From contig NC_134027.1 of NCBI RefSeq assembly GCF_964204645.1, positions 16,028,485 to 16,092,484 of the forward strand: DNA of 64,000 bases, read 5' to 3'. The translations under genes and the position numbers were made by a program. The notes under the pieces were generated by a model. That model worked only from the letters and a program-made list of their open reading frames with translations, did no database searches and had not been told where the DNA came from. The stretch comes from Tubulanus polymorphus (taxonomy: Eukaryota > Animalia > Nemertea). Below, in pieces: positions 11,570 through 22,734 of the stretch; the first letter of the stretch is position 1; each line of letters opens with the position of its first letter.

Positions 11570-14452
11570 ATGCCACCAGTGAAGAAGTCAAAATTGACAC
11601 AGAGAAAGTGTCTTTTTTGTGATTGTGATTTTGAATGCTCGTATAAAAATCATCTGCGTAAATATCACCGTTTCTCGTCTGAAGCTGCTACTAAATACTC
11701 TAAAGGTAAATATCTTATATTTCATCATTGTTCAATGTCATTGACGTTCTCTTCCTATTTTTTTCTAATTGACAGACGAATGTCAATCGTTTTCACTATT
11801 ATTGCCAATCACTATAATCACATGCAAATCACTCATCCAATCACTCACGCCTCAAATCATTCATGCCTCAAATCTTATTCGTTTATGTCTGCCTTTCAGT
11901 CTACACACCAATCACCCCTCCAATCATTCATGCCTCAAATCATATTCGTTTATATCTGCAATTCAGTCTACACACCAATCATTGAACTTTCAAATCATTC
12001 ACGTCTCCAATCATGCACACCTAAAAAATCATTAACGCCTCCAATCATTCACCCCTCCAATCATTCATGCCTCAAATCATATTCGTTTATATCTGCAATT
12101 CAGTCTACACACCAATCATTGAACTTTCAAATCATTCACGCCTCAAATCATTCACGCCTCCAATCATGCACACCTAAAAAATCATTAACGCCTCCAATCA
12201 TTCACGCCTCAAATCATTAACTCCTCCAATCATTCACGCCTCAAATCACTCACTCCTCAAATTATTCATGCCTCAAATCATTAACACCTCCAATCATTCA
12301 CGCCTCCAATCATTCATGCCTCAAATCATATTCGTTTATATCTGCAATTCAGTCTACACACCAATCATTGAACTTTCAAATCATTCACGCCACCAATCAT
12401 GCACGCCTCAAATCATTAATGCCTCCAATCATTCACACCTCAAATCACTCACTCCTCAAATCATTCATGCCTCAAATCTTATTCGTTTATGTCTGCAATT
12501 TAGTCTGCACACCAATCACCCCTCTAATCACTGACGCCTCAAATCATTCATCCTCAAATCATAGTTGTATCTGTTTACAACTCACATTCTACACAACAAT
12601 CACGCCTCAAATCATTCACGTCTTAAATCACTCACGCCTTAATTACAATCTACATGCCAATCACGCTTCTAATCACTTACGTCTCAAATCATACATGCCT
12701 CAAATGGCTCATACATAAAAGTTTTAAGAGACAATTACGCCATGAAATAAAAAATTCTGTCAAATCAAAATTATGCTGAAACTACAAATTGTATTGAACT
12801 TTCATTTTTCACTCCCTATATTGTTGCTTTATCATATATTTGTTAATTGTTATGTTTTCTCCATTGAAAAACTTGCTGTTTGTGAGATTATGGATACCGA
12901 ATAAACTAAAACTGAAACCATCAATCACACCTCCAATCACTCACGTCTCAAATCATTCATGTTTTGTTTTTCAGATGCAGCAGATACCAAAGCAACGTGT
13001 CCTGTTGAAGGATGTTTAGCAACATTTGATCGTCTGGACAAACATCTGCGCACGAAAAAACATGGCTTTGTTCCCGGTGATGAAAACTATCATCGATATA
13101 TGGCGATGACTCACAAACAAACGTCAACAAAAAACGTTACAGCGTCGGACAGGAATGGCGATAATGATGATGATGATGATGATGATGATGTTGATGAAGA
13201 TGATGATACTGAAAATGATGCTGCTGAAGAAAATGGAAGTCCAATGGTGGTGGTTGATGACGAAAGCGATGATGACATGGAATATTTTCCGTCAAGTGAT
13301 GATGATGACGATGATGATGATTATAATAACGTTGATGTGGGCATACCAGCAGAATTTCAGGCCGAAAATCGAGAATTCCAGCGGTGGCTGTCGACATTTG
13401 GTGGCGGTATGAAAAGTAACGCCGTCTCTTCTCAAACCGCGAAAATGGCGAATATTGTGTTTAAAAATTTCGGCAATAAAACATTCACAAAATCGTCATT
13501 AATTGACAATTTAAATCAGATTGAACAGAACTTTATTCCAAACATGCTGAAAACAAAACAGGCTAGTACGGTGAAAAACTATTTACTTTCTTTTCAAAAG
13601 TTTATAAAATGGGGTATAATAAAACAAAAGCACTGGGTTTTGAAAGATTGTCACGAGATCATCAACGAGCACGTAAAATTGTGGAATACAAGCTTGAATA
13701 AAATGATTTCTACGCGTGCGCATGAAAAGAAAGAAATTCACAAACGTGCAATTGTTACTGTCAAACAAGTACTATCGTATTTGAATAGTGATCGTGCTAC
13801 CAGAGCAGGCACCATTCTACGTACGTGTCATGAGGCTGCGACAATTTCACAACAAGATCATACAAATGCCCGGAATCACCTGATTATGCTATTAGTACTG
13901 GCCAATGCCACCAGGGCAGGACCTGTAATCAATTTGAAAATCAGTGACGTTTTGAATGCCCAGGATAATGTACATAAAAATCGTTGTGTAATGACAGTGC
14001 TCGTACATAAAACGGAACAAAAGTATGGTAAGGCACAAATTTCGCTCTCAACGAATGAGTATCAATTACTACGAGCATACTTACAACATATTCGTCCAAA
14101 TGTGCCAGCTCAATTCAAGGATAAGGATGCCGTCTTCATCACATGGTCTGGAAGGCAAATGTCTCAATCAGAAATTGCCAACGTTATAACGAGAGAATTT
14201 ATTAAGGTCGGTGGACGTAATGTTCGTGCAAGTTGTACAGTGATGCGAAAATCAATTGTTTCAATTTTGTTGCAAATGAACTTGGGAGCACGCACTGAGC
14301 AAGACCTGGCGACACTGATGAAACATTCGCAAACCATGCAAAAACGTACGTACGACATTCGCGTTGCCGACAACACGATGGCTAAGATGAGTGGACTCGT
14401 TTTTAAAATTATGTCAGGTCAAGATTTGACCGAACAAGATTTAGACGAATAA
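11570..14452 (+). CDS. Spliced Zn-finger tyrosine recombinase (YR1; exons 11570-11705, 12975-14452)
   Basis: Exon 1 CLFC..KNHLRKYH ends AAAG|GTAAAT (phase 1). Acceptor TTTTTCAG|AT at 12974/12975 is phase 1 and in frame. Catalytic motifs NATRAG (R), VHKT (K), CTVMRKS (R), LMKHS (H), RTYD (Y). Confidence 0.8.
11800..12960 (+). repeat. Satellite array II (16-bp monomer AATCATTCACGCCTC(A/C)) filling the YR1 intron
   Basis: Tandem AATCATTCACGCCTCA / AATCATTCATGCCTCA variants plus the recurring block TCATATTCGTTTATATCTGCAATTCAGTCTACACACC. Confidence 0.9.
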
Positions 14453-14734
14453 TCATAGTCGCATCTTCAATCCATAGTCTACGACCTTTTAGGCATGTTT
14501 TCTGTGTGTGCTGTTGATATACTTATTGTCGTTCATTTCTTGTAGATTTGATGTAAACGTGTATAGTAACACTAGTGAATATCAATATCTAGTAAATACT
14601 GAAATTTCAGAAACCAGGACAATCTATTTTATGCTGAAATTTGTACTCGTGTTACCACCAACATGATTTGGGAAATCCCCACAAACACAGAATTTTTGAT
14701 AAATCCGCTTGCCGGAGCCAAGAAGTTATAACAT

Positions 14735-15050
14735 GTCATTCACGTCTGAAATCGCTCACGTCCCAAATCATAGTCGCTTCTTCAATCCATAGTCTACATG
14801 TCAATCACACCTACAATCACTCACGCCTAAAATCATAGTTGCTTCTCCAATTCATATTCTACACGCACATCGCGGATGAAATATTTTATGTCTCAAATAA
14901 TCGCTTGTGTCTACAATTCATGGTCTATATGCTTTTCAAGCATTGAAGCATTCACGTCTCACCCATACCTCAAATCATTTACGGATCAAATCAATCAGGT
15001 CTGAAATCGTAATCCCTTACACGCGAATAACGCATCAAATCACTCGCCCA
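14735..15050 (+). repeat. Degenerate copies of the same 16-bp satellite downstream of YR1
   Basis: TCATTCACGTCTGAAATCGCTCACGTCCCAAATCA, AATCACTCACGCCTAAAATCA, CATTCACGTCTCA. Confidence 0.65.
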
Positions 15051-15074
15051 TGAAAAACATATATATATTAATAT

Positions 15075-15507
15075 ATCTAGATACATAGGCAATGTCACAA
15101 AGTCCAGGTACATGTTTCCATACTGCAGGACAGACACCCTCAAATATTCATTCCTTCCCCAAGCAGTCCGCATTTGGAACACCCTTCCTGACTGGGTCAT
15201 CCAACAAGATTCGATAGAGGGCTTCAAATCTGCCCTTAATCGATATGAACCCTAAGAAACAACAGTCCCACAAACCATGCGTACAAAGTGTACGATGGCG
15301 GTTCCATGCGTACGATGTGTACGATGGTGCCAATGTCAGACAAAACAACGCATTTTTAATTTATAAATGTAAATATATTATTTATTCAATATTTTTCTAG
15401 CTCATGCAGCTTTTTCTTGTTCATGCATCTTACACCCCATGTGGGATATTCCTCGTCTACGAGGTTGCCACACGATAGGTAAAGAAGAAAGAAGAGAAGA
15501 AGAAGAG
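15075..15507 (+). mobile_element. 5'-truncated CR1/L2-group LINE, 3' end
   Basis: Reads YCRTDTLKYSFLPQAVRIWNTLPDWVIQQDSIEGFKSAL, the typical ORF2 C-terminus; followed by a 3' UTR and a (GAA)n-like tail. Confidence 0.8.
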
Positions 15508-15790
15508 TCCAATGCATTTTCCTTTAGATGGCGGCCATTTTTGTTACGATTTTACTCCAGGCACGGCAACCAGTTTGTTGGTTTTGGTTGCCGTGCCTGG
15601 AGTAGCTTGTTGTCTAACTTTTTTGGGCGATTATATTGTATAGATGTAAATGAAAATGGTGTCTAGTAGGAAAATTTCCTCAGAAATCGATTGGAATAAT
15701 AATCAAGACGATATGACAAAAGGTTACAGAGTTATGTGATCGTGTGCAATGATGGCTGCGATGGACTGGACCGGATATCATAATGAGCGA

Positions 15791-16080
15791 TCATCATCAT
15801 CCTGGTTTATTTTATACAGGCCTGGATTAATCCTCTCCAGAGGGTGGGGCCTGTCTGACTGAGCGAAGTCGTCCTCTCCATTTAGAGCGGTCGTGTGGGT
15901 CGTTTGGTGTCAATCCGAGTGACATCCTGTCTTACCTAACCCCCTGCTCCCATGTTTTCTTGGGTCTGTCAGGTTTCTTCTTTGCTGGAATCACCTCTAC
16001 TTGTCGCACCCTCGACGTCCAGCCAGTACTTCGTTCTACATGACCAAACCATCGTAGCCTGTTGGTCTACGATGAACTGA
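15791..16080 (-). mobile_element. 5'-truncated RTE-clade LINE, 3' end
   Basis: Minus strand reads RLRWFGHVER...KKPDRPKKTW...DRSKWR; ends in a short (GAT)n tail. Confidence 0.8.
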
Positions 16081-16330
16081 TTCATTTGTCTAATATATAA
16101 AAAGTCGCCATAACTTCACTTGCAGGAATCCCAATATGACAGCCGTGTGTTCATCTGTGTTTGACACGAAAGAAGCTTCGTCCCACATGAACTTTGTCGC
16201 CGAATCTCCACGACCAGCCTGCAAAATAGAAAAAAACATTAAGTTCATAAATCGATTGGTACAAAATTCGGACACATACACACACACACAAGAATCTATG
16301 TGAAAATGTATCTGTTTTTGACAATCTTTT

Positions 16331-16826
16331 TTGCAGGATCGTTTTTATACCCATCTACCTATTCCAAAAATGCGGAAAAACAGGGACAATGAACAAGAAC
16401 TGTTGAAGATATTCGGACAGAAATCGTCAAACACATGGGGTACCATTGGCGGTGTATCGCGTGTCGATGTAGCTACAGGAGACTATAAAATGTTGTTAGG
16501 CACCGATATCTATGCCAGTGTTACATTACCCCTTTTTACAAAACAATCGAGACCGGATAGACGGAAAGTTGTACAAGATAAATTTACACTTGTACAATTC
16601 GTTGGAAATTATTAGTGTGCATAGAAATCTAGTCGAGCTGCAGAGGGTGTTAAAAAATACCAATAAACACCACGCCGACCAAGAAAGACAACTACAATCA
16701 TTGAAGACTGACAAGAGGCGAGTAGCTATTATTTTAGGTTCCGTGTTTGGTGGAATATTTACTCTGATCGTCACAACGACTTTAGTGTTTTTTGGACTTA
16801 GGCAGTACAGACACAGCCGACAATAG
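16331..16826 (+). pseudogene. Frameshifted membrane protein with C-terminal TM helix
   Basis: Overlapping ORFs 16331-16615 and 16512-16826; TM segment RRVAIILGSVFGGIFTLIVTTTLVFFGLRQYR. Confidence 0.45.
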
Positions 16827-17130
16827 AACCAGGAGATATAAAATCTCATTAGACAGGTCGAAATTATACTTCTACCATATATACAGGAGTTATTACCCCT
16901 TTTACTGTATACACGATACAAAGCAACATGTCTTTGCTAACAGCTGTGATTTGTGCGGCGGCACTGCTGGCTGCAGCCATACCCCACTGATAGACAAACG
17001 AACAAACGAACGAACTTCTGTATTTTTATAATATTTGGCTGCTGTAAAGGGAAGCCATATTATGCGATTACGATACGAACGACTGAGCGACTGAGAATAA
17101 ATATTATCCAGGCAAAAAGCTAGTATAATA

Positions 17131-18783
17131 ATGGAAACCTCCGAACACACAGAAAATAAGCATCGGGTGGTCTATCGATATCCATGTTCATTGTGTGAAA
17201 AGAATACCACAAATCTACCACGTCATTTGAGAGAATTTCATAAGTTCGATCGCCGCGCATCACTCAAGTTTACGCAGCAACAAAAAGCACAAAACCAACG
17301 AAAAATCAATAGTAATCAAACTCTACACCAGTGTCCGGTTGAAGATTGTTTCAGCGCTGTTAAACGTATTGATAAGCATCTCGGCAACAAACATAAATTC
17401 AAGCGATCAGATCCAATTTACCGTCACTACATGAACTTGGCTAAATGCGAAAAATCTGCCTTTGGATCATCGTCGTTGTGTAGTAAGCAATCTACTCAGC
17501 AGCACTGCAAATCACAGATAACCAACGTTAAAAGCAGCGTAGATAGTGGTTCATCTGATGCATGCGCAAGTGCGAGCGTACAATCTGATAGCGTTAATAA
17601 TCATCAATTTGCCAACGAGATTACAACTTTTGGACGATGGCTACAGACGTTTGGGGGCGGTGAGAAAAACGAACGTCAGGGCTTGCAGGCCGTAAAACAT
17701 GTTCAAAAAATTATTGATATCTACGGTCATGATTTCAGTGCTAACCTCGTCACTGTAAAATTACAAGAGATCGAAAACAAATTCATTTCTCCATCTCTCA
17801 AAACAAAAACAGCCAGTACGGTTAAAAACTACTTACTTGATTTCAAAAAGTTTGTGGAGTACGGAAAACTTCTCGATAAAGACTGGATTACATCAAAAAC
17901 AGTTGAACGGATCGTTAAACAAATCCAAATTTGGAATTGCTCGTTGCAGAAGAAAATCATGGAACGGGCGGCTGTAATGAAGGTCAAACATCGACAAGCA
18001 CTTTTAACAACGAATCATATCAAGCTATATTTGAAAGGCAAACGGGCAGTCATTGGTAACAAGATTTTACGCGATTGTCCTAACGACAAAAAAAGATACA
18101 AGAAGGATACCGATGAACGTCATCGACATAAAAATCGACATTGTTTCATCCGAGCCCGGAACTATCTGATTATGTTATTGAGTCTCAACAACGCGACACG
18201 TTCTGGACCTATAATAAACCTGAAAGTTGGTGAAGTAGATGCAGCTCTGGATAACGTTTACCTTGACAGACATGTGGTCAATGTTGTACAGCATAAAACA
18301 ATGTCGCTCTACGGTGCTGCCCAACTATCGTTAAATTGTTATCATTTCAAACTTCTGAAGGCATTCATCGATCACATTCGTCCTCTGATTCCAAGTTTTG
18401 AAGAAACGAGACACAGTCACCCAACATTCAATGTCTTCTTGTCGTGGAGTGGTCGGACTTTGAACCAGAGTCAAGTCTCCAACATTATTTCCAGTGAACT
18501 TTCTGCGTCCTCGAACAAAGCAAGTCGAACGAGTTGTACGGTGCTCAGAAAATCTGTGGTGTCAACAATGCTAGGATCAGATCTCGGTGCCAGTAACGAA
18601 CGTGATTTGGCTAATTTGATAAAACACTCTGACGCGATGCAGAAAAGAACATACGATGTACGGTGTTCTGATCGTAACATGGCCAGAATGTCTAATATTG
18701 TATGGAAATTTATGACCGAGGGACAAGTTTCTATTGAAGAGTTACAGCACCAGCACCAACATCAGCACCAGCACCGACACTGA
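17131..18783 (+). CDS. Intronless Zn-finger tyrosine recombinase (YR2)
   Basis: Two fingers CSLC..PRHLREFH and CPVEDC..DKHLGNKH. Catalytic motifs NATRSG, QHKT, CTVLRKS, LIKHS, RTYD. Clear paralogue of YR1 (shared WLxTFGGG, ASTVKNYL). Confidence 0.85.
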   Translation: METSEHTENKHRVVYRYPCSLCEKNTTNLPRHLREFHKFDRRASLKFTQQQKAQNQRKINSNQTLHQCPVEDCFSAVKRIDKHLGNKHKFKRSDPIYRHYMNLAKCEKSAFGSSSLCSKQSTQQHCKSQITNVKSSVDSGSSDACASASVQSDSVNNHQFANEITTFGRWLQTFGGGEKNERQGLQAVKHVQKIIDIYGHDFSANLVTVKLQEIENKFISPSLKTKTASTVKNYLLDFKKFVEYGKLLDKDWITSKTVERIVKQIQIWNCSLQKKIMERAAVMKVKHRQALLTTNHIKLYLKGKRAVIGNKILRDCPNDKKRYKKDTDERHRHKNRHCFIRARNYLIMLLSLNNATRSGPIINLKVGEVDAALDNVYLDRHVVNVVQHKTMSLYGAAQLSLNCYHFKLLKAFIDHIRPLIPSFEETRHSHPTFNVFLSWSGRTLNQSQVSNIISSELSASSNKASRTSCTVLRKSVVSTMLGSDLGASNERDLANLIKHSDAMQKRTYDVRCSDRNMARMSNIVWKFMTEGQVSIEELQHQHQHQHQHRH

Positions 18784-19315
18784 CGCGCAAGACGACCAAC
18801 TAGAAGGCGCAGCAGCAGACTCTACACGAGTGTCGTCCCATCCTAATGTCGGTACTCCTCCACCCACAAAGATTATTTATTATGCGTTAACACACATGCA
18901 AGATGGACATCCCGTATGCAAGCCGCACATCGTAGATCCCAAAGCTACCATCGCTACTAAATCAGGCGTACCCGATAGACTAAGGATCGAGCGGAATCGC
19001 ATAGATTCGTTCAAAAAATTCCCAAGAACGGATTTTTCTACAACGAAAAAAAACAAGGACATCAAATGTGCTTTCTGCGGCGGAGTCTTATCGGTACCCA
19101 AAAACGTTAGAAAATTCAAAATCACAGCAAAGCACAAACGAGCATTTCCTACCTGCCCTCTAGTACTAAACCTGGAAGTGGGCAACACACCGTGCCAAAA
19201 CAGAGATGACGAACCAGATAACGCTGTTATCGAACCGAATTTCATGAAAGTTGGACAAAACGTCCAGCACGGAGTCAAACCCAGCCCGTACAAAAGGCTA
19301 ATAGAATGCAGCTAA
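18734..19315 (+). CDS. BIR-domain (IAP-like) protein
   Basis: RIDSFKKFP...IKCAFCGG...KHKRAFPTCPLV..VGNTP, i.e. CX2C...HX6C; first ATG at 18896. Confidence 0.7.
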   Translation: MKSYSTSTNISTSTDTDAQDDQLEGAAADSTRVSSHPNVGTPPPTKIIYYALTHMQDGHPVCKPHIVDPKATIATKSGVPDRLRIERNRIDSFKKFPRTDFSTTKKNKDIKCAFCGGVLSVPKNVRKFKITAKHKRAFPTCPLVLNLEVGNTPCQNRDDEPDNAVIEPNFMKVGQNVQHGVKPSPYKRLIECS

Positions 19316-19354
19316 CGATAAACATGCGTCTTGCCATGATACGGATCGGGTTGT

Positions 19355-19801
19355 TTATGTATGTTTTGTTTGAATTTTTCCTGAGTACGTCAACGAATCC
19401 GAGTGATAACGATAAATCCAACTGTTGACTTTTGGATCTTTGACACAGTACCCACAAGGTCTGTACGGACACTTGGAAAACATGTGTTCTGTCGTATTTT
19501 TATTTTGGATCATGACAACAGGTTCGTAGGGACACTCCGATTTTCTATAGGATTGTGGACCGTTTGGTTTCTTGACGCATCTGGATTGCCGGTGTCTGTT
19601 GTAATGTTTGCTTGTGATGTAAATTTTACACCAACTACCTTTCACATATTCGTCCGGGTCGTATCTCGGTCTGTAACTGTAATTGCAGGTTTTATCGAAC
19701 CGTGGGCACATCACCGTTACCACGTCGCGGGGTTTATCATCTCGTTGATCACCATTGAAGAAAATCGGTAGAGTCATGTATCCAGGAGCTATTTGTAGCA
19801 A
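19355..19801 (-). CDS. Cys-containing hypothetical protein (possibly an exon or fragment)
   Basis: 148-aa ORF with several Cys; no family recognised. Confidence 0.35.
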   Translation of the reverse strand: MLQIAPGYMTLPIFFNGDQRDDKPRDVVTVMCPRFDKTCNYSYRPRYDPDEYVKGSWCKIYITSKHYNRHRQSRCVKKPNGPQSYRKSECPYEPVVMIQNKNTTEHMFSKCPYRPCGYCVKDPKVNSWIYRYHSDSLTYSGKIQTKHT

Positions 19802-20469
19802 TCTGGTTCTGCCGATTTTATCGCGGTGGTAAAAATAAATTCATACATTTTGTACTGTTTTTATATGACTTTATTCGACTTGAAAATAAAATATACAAGT
19901 ATCTACACATAAAATTGTCTCTCTATTTGTTTCTTTGTTTTACAATTTGAGACACTGGGTATGTGGCTAGCTCAATCATCGCCAGTCTGTTCTCTTCCGA
20001 TCAGTTTTGAAACACGATCCAACAACAGTTCGTTTATGCCCACAGATTTCATGTATTCGATCAAGTTGGTGTATTTCTTTGTAAATACAACCTGTGGTTT
20101 CTTGCTATCGTTGTCTAAATAAATCTTAAAGATCTGATATCATTTTTCTCAGACCATAATTGTTGCATGCCCGATGACGCGATTCAGTTCTAGATTTAAA
20201 ATTTTAAACATGAGAACATTGGTGAAATAAAGATTTTATTGACATTATCCGGTTTCATTTTACTGAAAGAAAAAACCTACAATTCTGAAGAGATTATTCA
20301 TTTCATCTCAAATTAACAGCACTGATATTTTGGCTATTGTTGCAAAAAAGGGAGAAAAGGAGAATTGAACAAGGGACCAAAAATGTAACAAAATTTATCT
20401 CACACAGAAATTGTTGTATTTAGGACTAAACTAACTCACACTTGTAACCCTAACCCCCCACCCATCACA

Positions 20470-21766
20470 ATGTTTCGTCGTATTTGTCTTTTCTTTTTTG
20501 TGGTACTTGGTGTTGTAAATTATGTGGTTATCACAACCAGGATACGGTACTGCTAGTATCATGCGCCAAAAAATGGCAGAAAAAGCCAGACTCGACGCCC
20601 TAGCCAGACAACAAAAACTCGAAGCTGAATGGGCCGCAGCAGCTGCTCTTGCTCAGCAAACAACTACAACCACAACCACCACTACTACGACTACTCCTCC
20701 ACCACTCTAACCGATCTTTGTGCGTATAGTCGCCGATCCGGGTAGTCGTGTACGAATGTTACAATATCTAACAATCAGTTGCGAGGTATTGTTTGAACTT
20801 GACAAGGGACTAGATCGAATAGATTTGTCTCGAATGGTGGCCGGTCAAGGGGGTACAACGATAGCATCGTTAATCGCGTCGCCAACAAACAGACGGTGCA
20901 TAAATCACAAATCGCTAGTTTATACAAAGTCGGGTGTATATACCCCAAGATAACTTCTGAGTCTATCGGTCACGTTAGGGACATTCAAATTTTTCGTGTA
21001 GAAGCGCGATCACAATTTTCAATGATAGAATCTCAATCTAGAGAATATACGTGTACGACTATGACCAACAGATATTTACCGCACACTCGGAGTATAACCG
21101 TGACTGCCATTGAAGACCCGGTAGCCATTGAATTTATCAGCATCCCAAATGACGATGGTGTTAAAGTAAAATGTACTCTGCCTAACATTAGAAGAGACAG
21201 ATCTAGACTTTGGTACATTATGATAGTGGGAGACAGAAAGATTTGGTAGCTTGGACACCAGAGGAGACTTGTGGTCAAAATTGTATCGACACGGCCACTG
21301 AAGTCGGAATTTGGTTCAATCAGGAAAATAAACCTCTTGTGTTCAACAATAGGTGTTAGGTCAGCACCGGACAGTAACCTAAGATTAACAGTACCCGGTG
21401 TTGTCCCTAGCTCGGCACCAACTACCCTGAGCCACACAACAACCACTACAGCAGCTCCAACGACCACCACCACCGAAATTCCAACAACTCCTGTGCCTAC
21501 CACTACGACCCAAGTTCCAACTACTACATCTGAACTAACAACCACGACTCGTGTCACAACATTTACCACCAAACAATTCAATGGAGACAAGAGGTAAAGG
21601 TAATAATTTAAAGCACGATAGTGCCATGGTCTATGTTGAATTATTTATCGGTTTTAGTATTGTGACCGGACTTGTGATTTTTGCAATTTTTAAATTGAAA
21701 AAAATAAAAAGATTTTACATTTTATATGAATACATGTTGTTTATTATTCAAACATTAACATTTTAA
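20470..21766 (+). pseudogene. Decayed type I membrane glycoprotein with mucin-like Thr tracts
   Basis: Signal-like MFRRICLFFFVVLGVV at 20470; Thr-rich stretches; in-frame stops at 20708 and 21247 plus frameshifts; terminal TM VELFIGFSIVTGLVIFAIFKLKK. Confidence 0.6.
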
Positions 21767-22500
21767 TATTTTCTACGATAGATCATTCCATTTGAACAAG
21801 CATACTTTTCAAAATTATAAATCTGTCCATTGCAACATTTGGTTGCGCTAGGATTACGAAGTCGCCTGAGCACACGTCCACCACAACAGATTTTCTTTTC
21901 AAAACGATAGTATCTCTTGGTATCGGCACAGTATTCCATGGTGTACTGGACTTTATCCTTGCGTTTGATTTTACCGGCGCTACAAACATGAGTCTTGGCT
22001 CTATAGGTTTTCTCAAAAATGTTCCCCACTGGGTTGTGACAACAAGTGTCGTGGTCCTTGTGTCTTTTGTCGAGTACTATACCAAAGCTATGTAGGCAGC
22101 AAATTTGGGTATCGGGATTGTATTTCGTAACACCGTAACAACATTTATTAACATTGTCAGTTAACTCGATTAAGTTGTTGCCGCAACACTTCTGGGTACG
22201 AATGTCGTAGGGTATAGAGCTGGTGATTTCGCCAATGCCATGTTCCATGTTTGCGCAACACTGAGAAAATCTAGGAGAGGTGTACACCTTTGTGAGAATG
22301 TGTTGATTTCTAGAAGAGCAACAGAAATGTTCTTTGTAGTAGTACATTTTCTTCCCACAACACAATTGGGCACCTTTCACGCTTTTTTCATCTTTTGGGA
22401 AAATGACTCCGTCGCAGCATAGTTGTTTGTCCATTTCGTATGGTTCACCTCCACAGCAAGCAGTGTTTATGGATTTTTTCTCGAATGGAATATGAGTCAC
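21763..22500 (-). CDS. Galaxin/usherin-like di-cysteine repeat protein
   Basis: Many tandem CC-G...Y....Q.CC repeats (CCGGEPYEMDKQLCCDG, YDIRTQKCCG, YNPDTQICC); N-terminus probably upstream (spliced or frameshifted). Confidence 0.75.
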   Translation of the reverse strand: MTHIPFEKKSINTACCGGEPYEMDKQLCCDGVIFPKDEKSVKGAQLCCGKKMYYYKEHFCCSSRNQHILTKVYTSPRFSQCCANMEHGIGEITSSIPYDIRTQKCCGNNLIELTDNVNKCCYGVTKYNPDTQICCLHSFGIVLDKRHKDHDTCCHNPVGNIFEKTYRAKTHVCSAGKIKRKDKVQYTMEYCADTKRYYRFEKKICCGGRVLRRLRNPSATKCCNGQIYNFEKYACSNGMIYRRKY

Positions 22501-22734
22501 TTCATTTGATCCAGGACAACAGATGTAATTGTGTCTTTGGTAGCATTAAAAACCACACCTAAATTTGGATTCAAAAAAGAGATATCAATTTGGTGCCGTA
22601 TAAATTGCTGAGGATTCACGAGTGTCATGAAACAGGTAATTTCCCGACTTTAACATTGTAGCCAAATCTTTTGGTGGTGGGGTACCCAAATTCATTTCAA
22701 AATACAGACAATTTGTTTTCTTGTTAGCTTCTGT

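Noticed and set aside
9891-12718. ORFs rich in S/H/Q/I within the satellites
   Set aside because: They are translations of the 16-bp repeat in several frames; only 11570-11705 looks like a real exon.
5858-12960. CRISPR array interpretation of the repeats
   Set aside because: No identical repeats with uniform unique spacers, no cas genes, and a eukaryotic spliced context.
13137-13412. Poly-Met and poly-His ORFs
   Set aside because: Alternative frames of the (GAT)n Asp tract of YR1.
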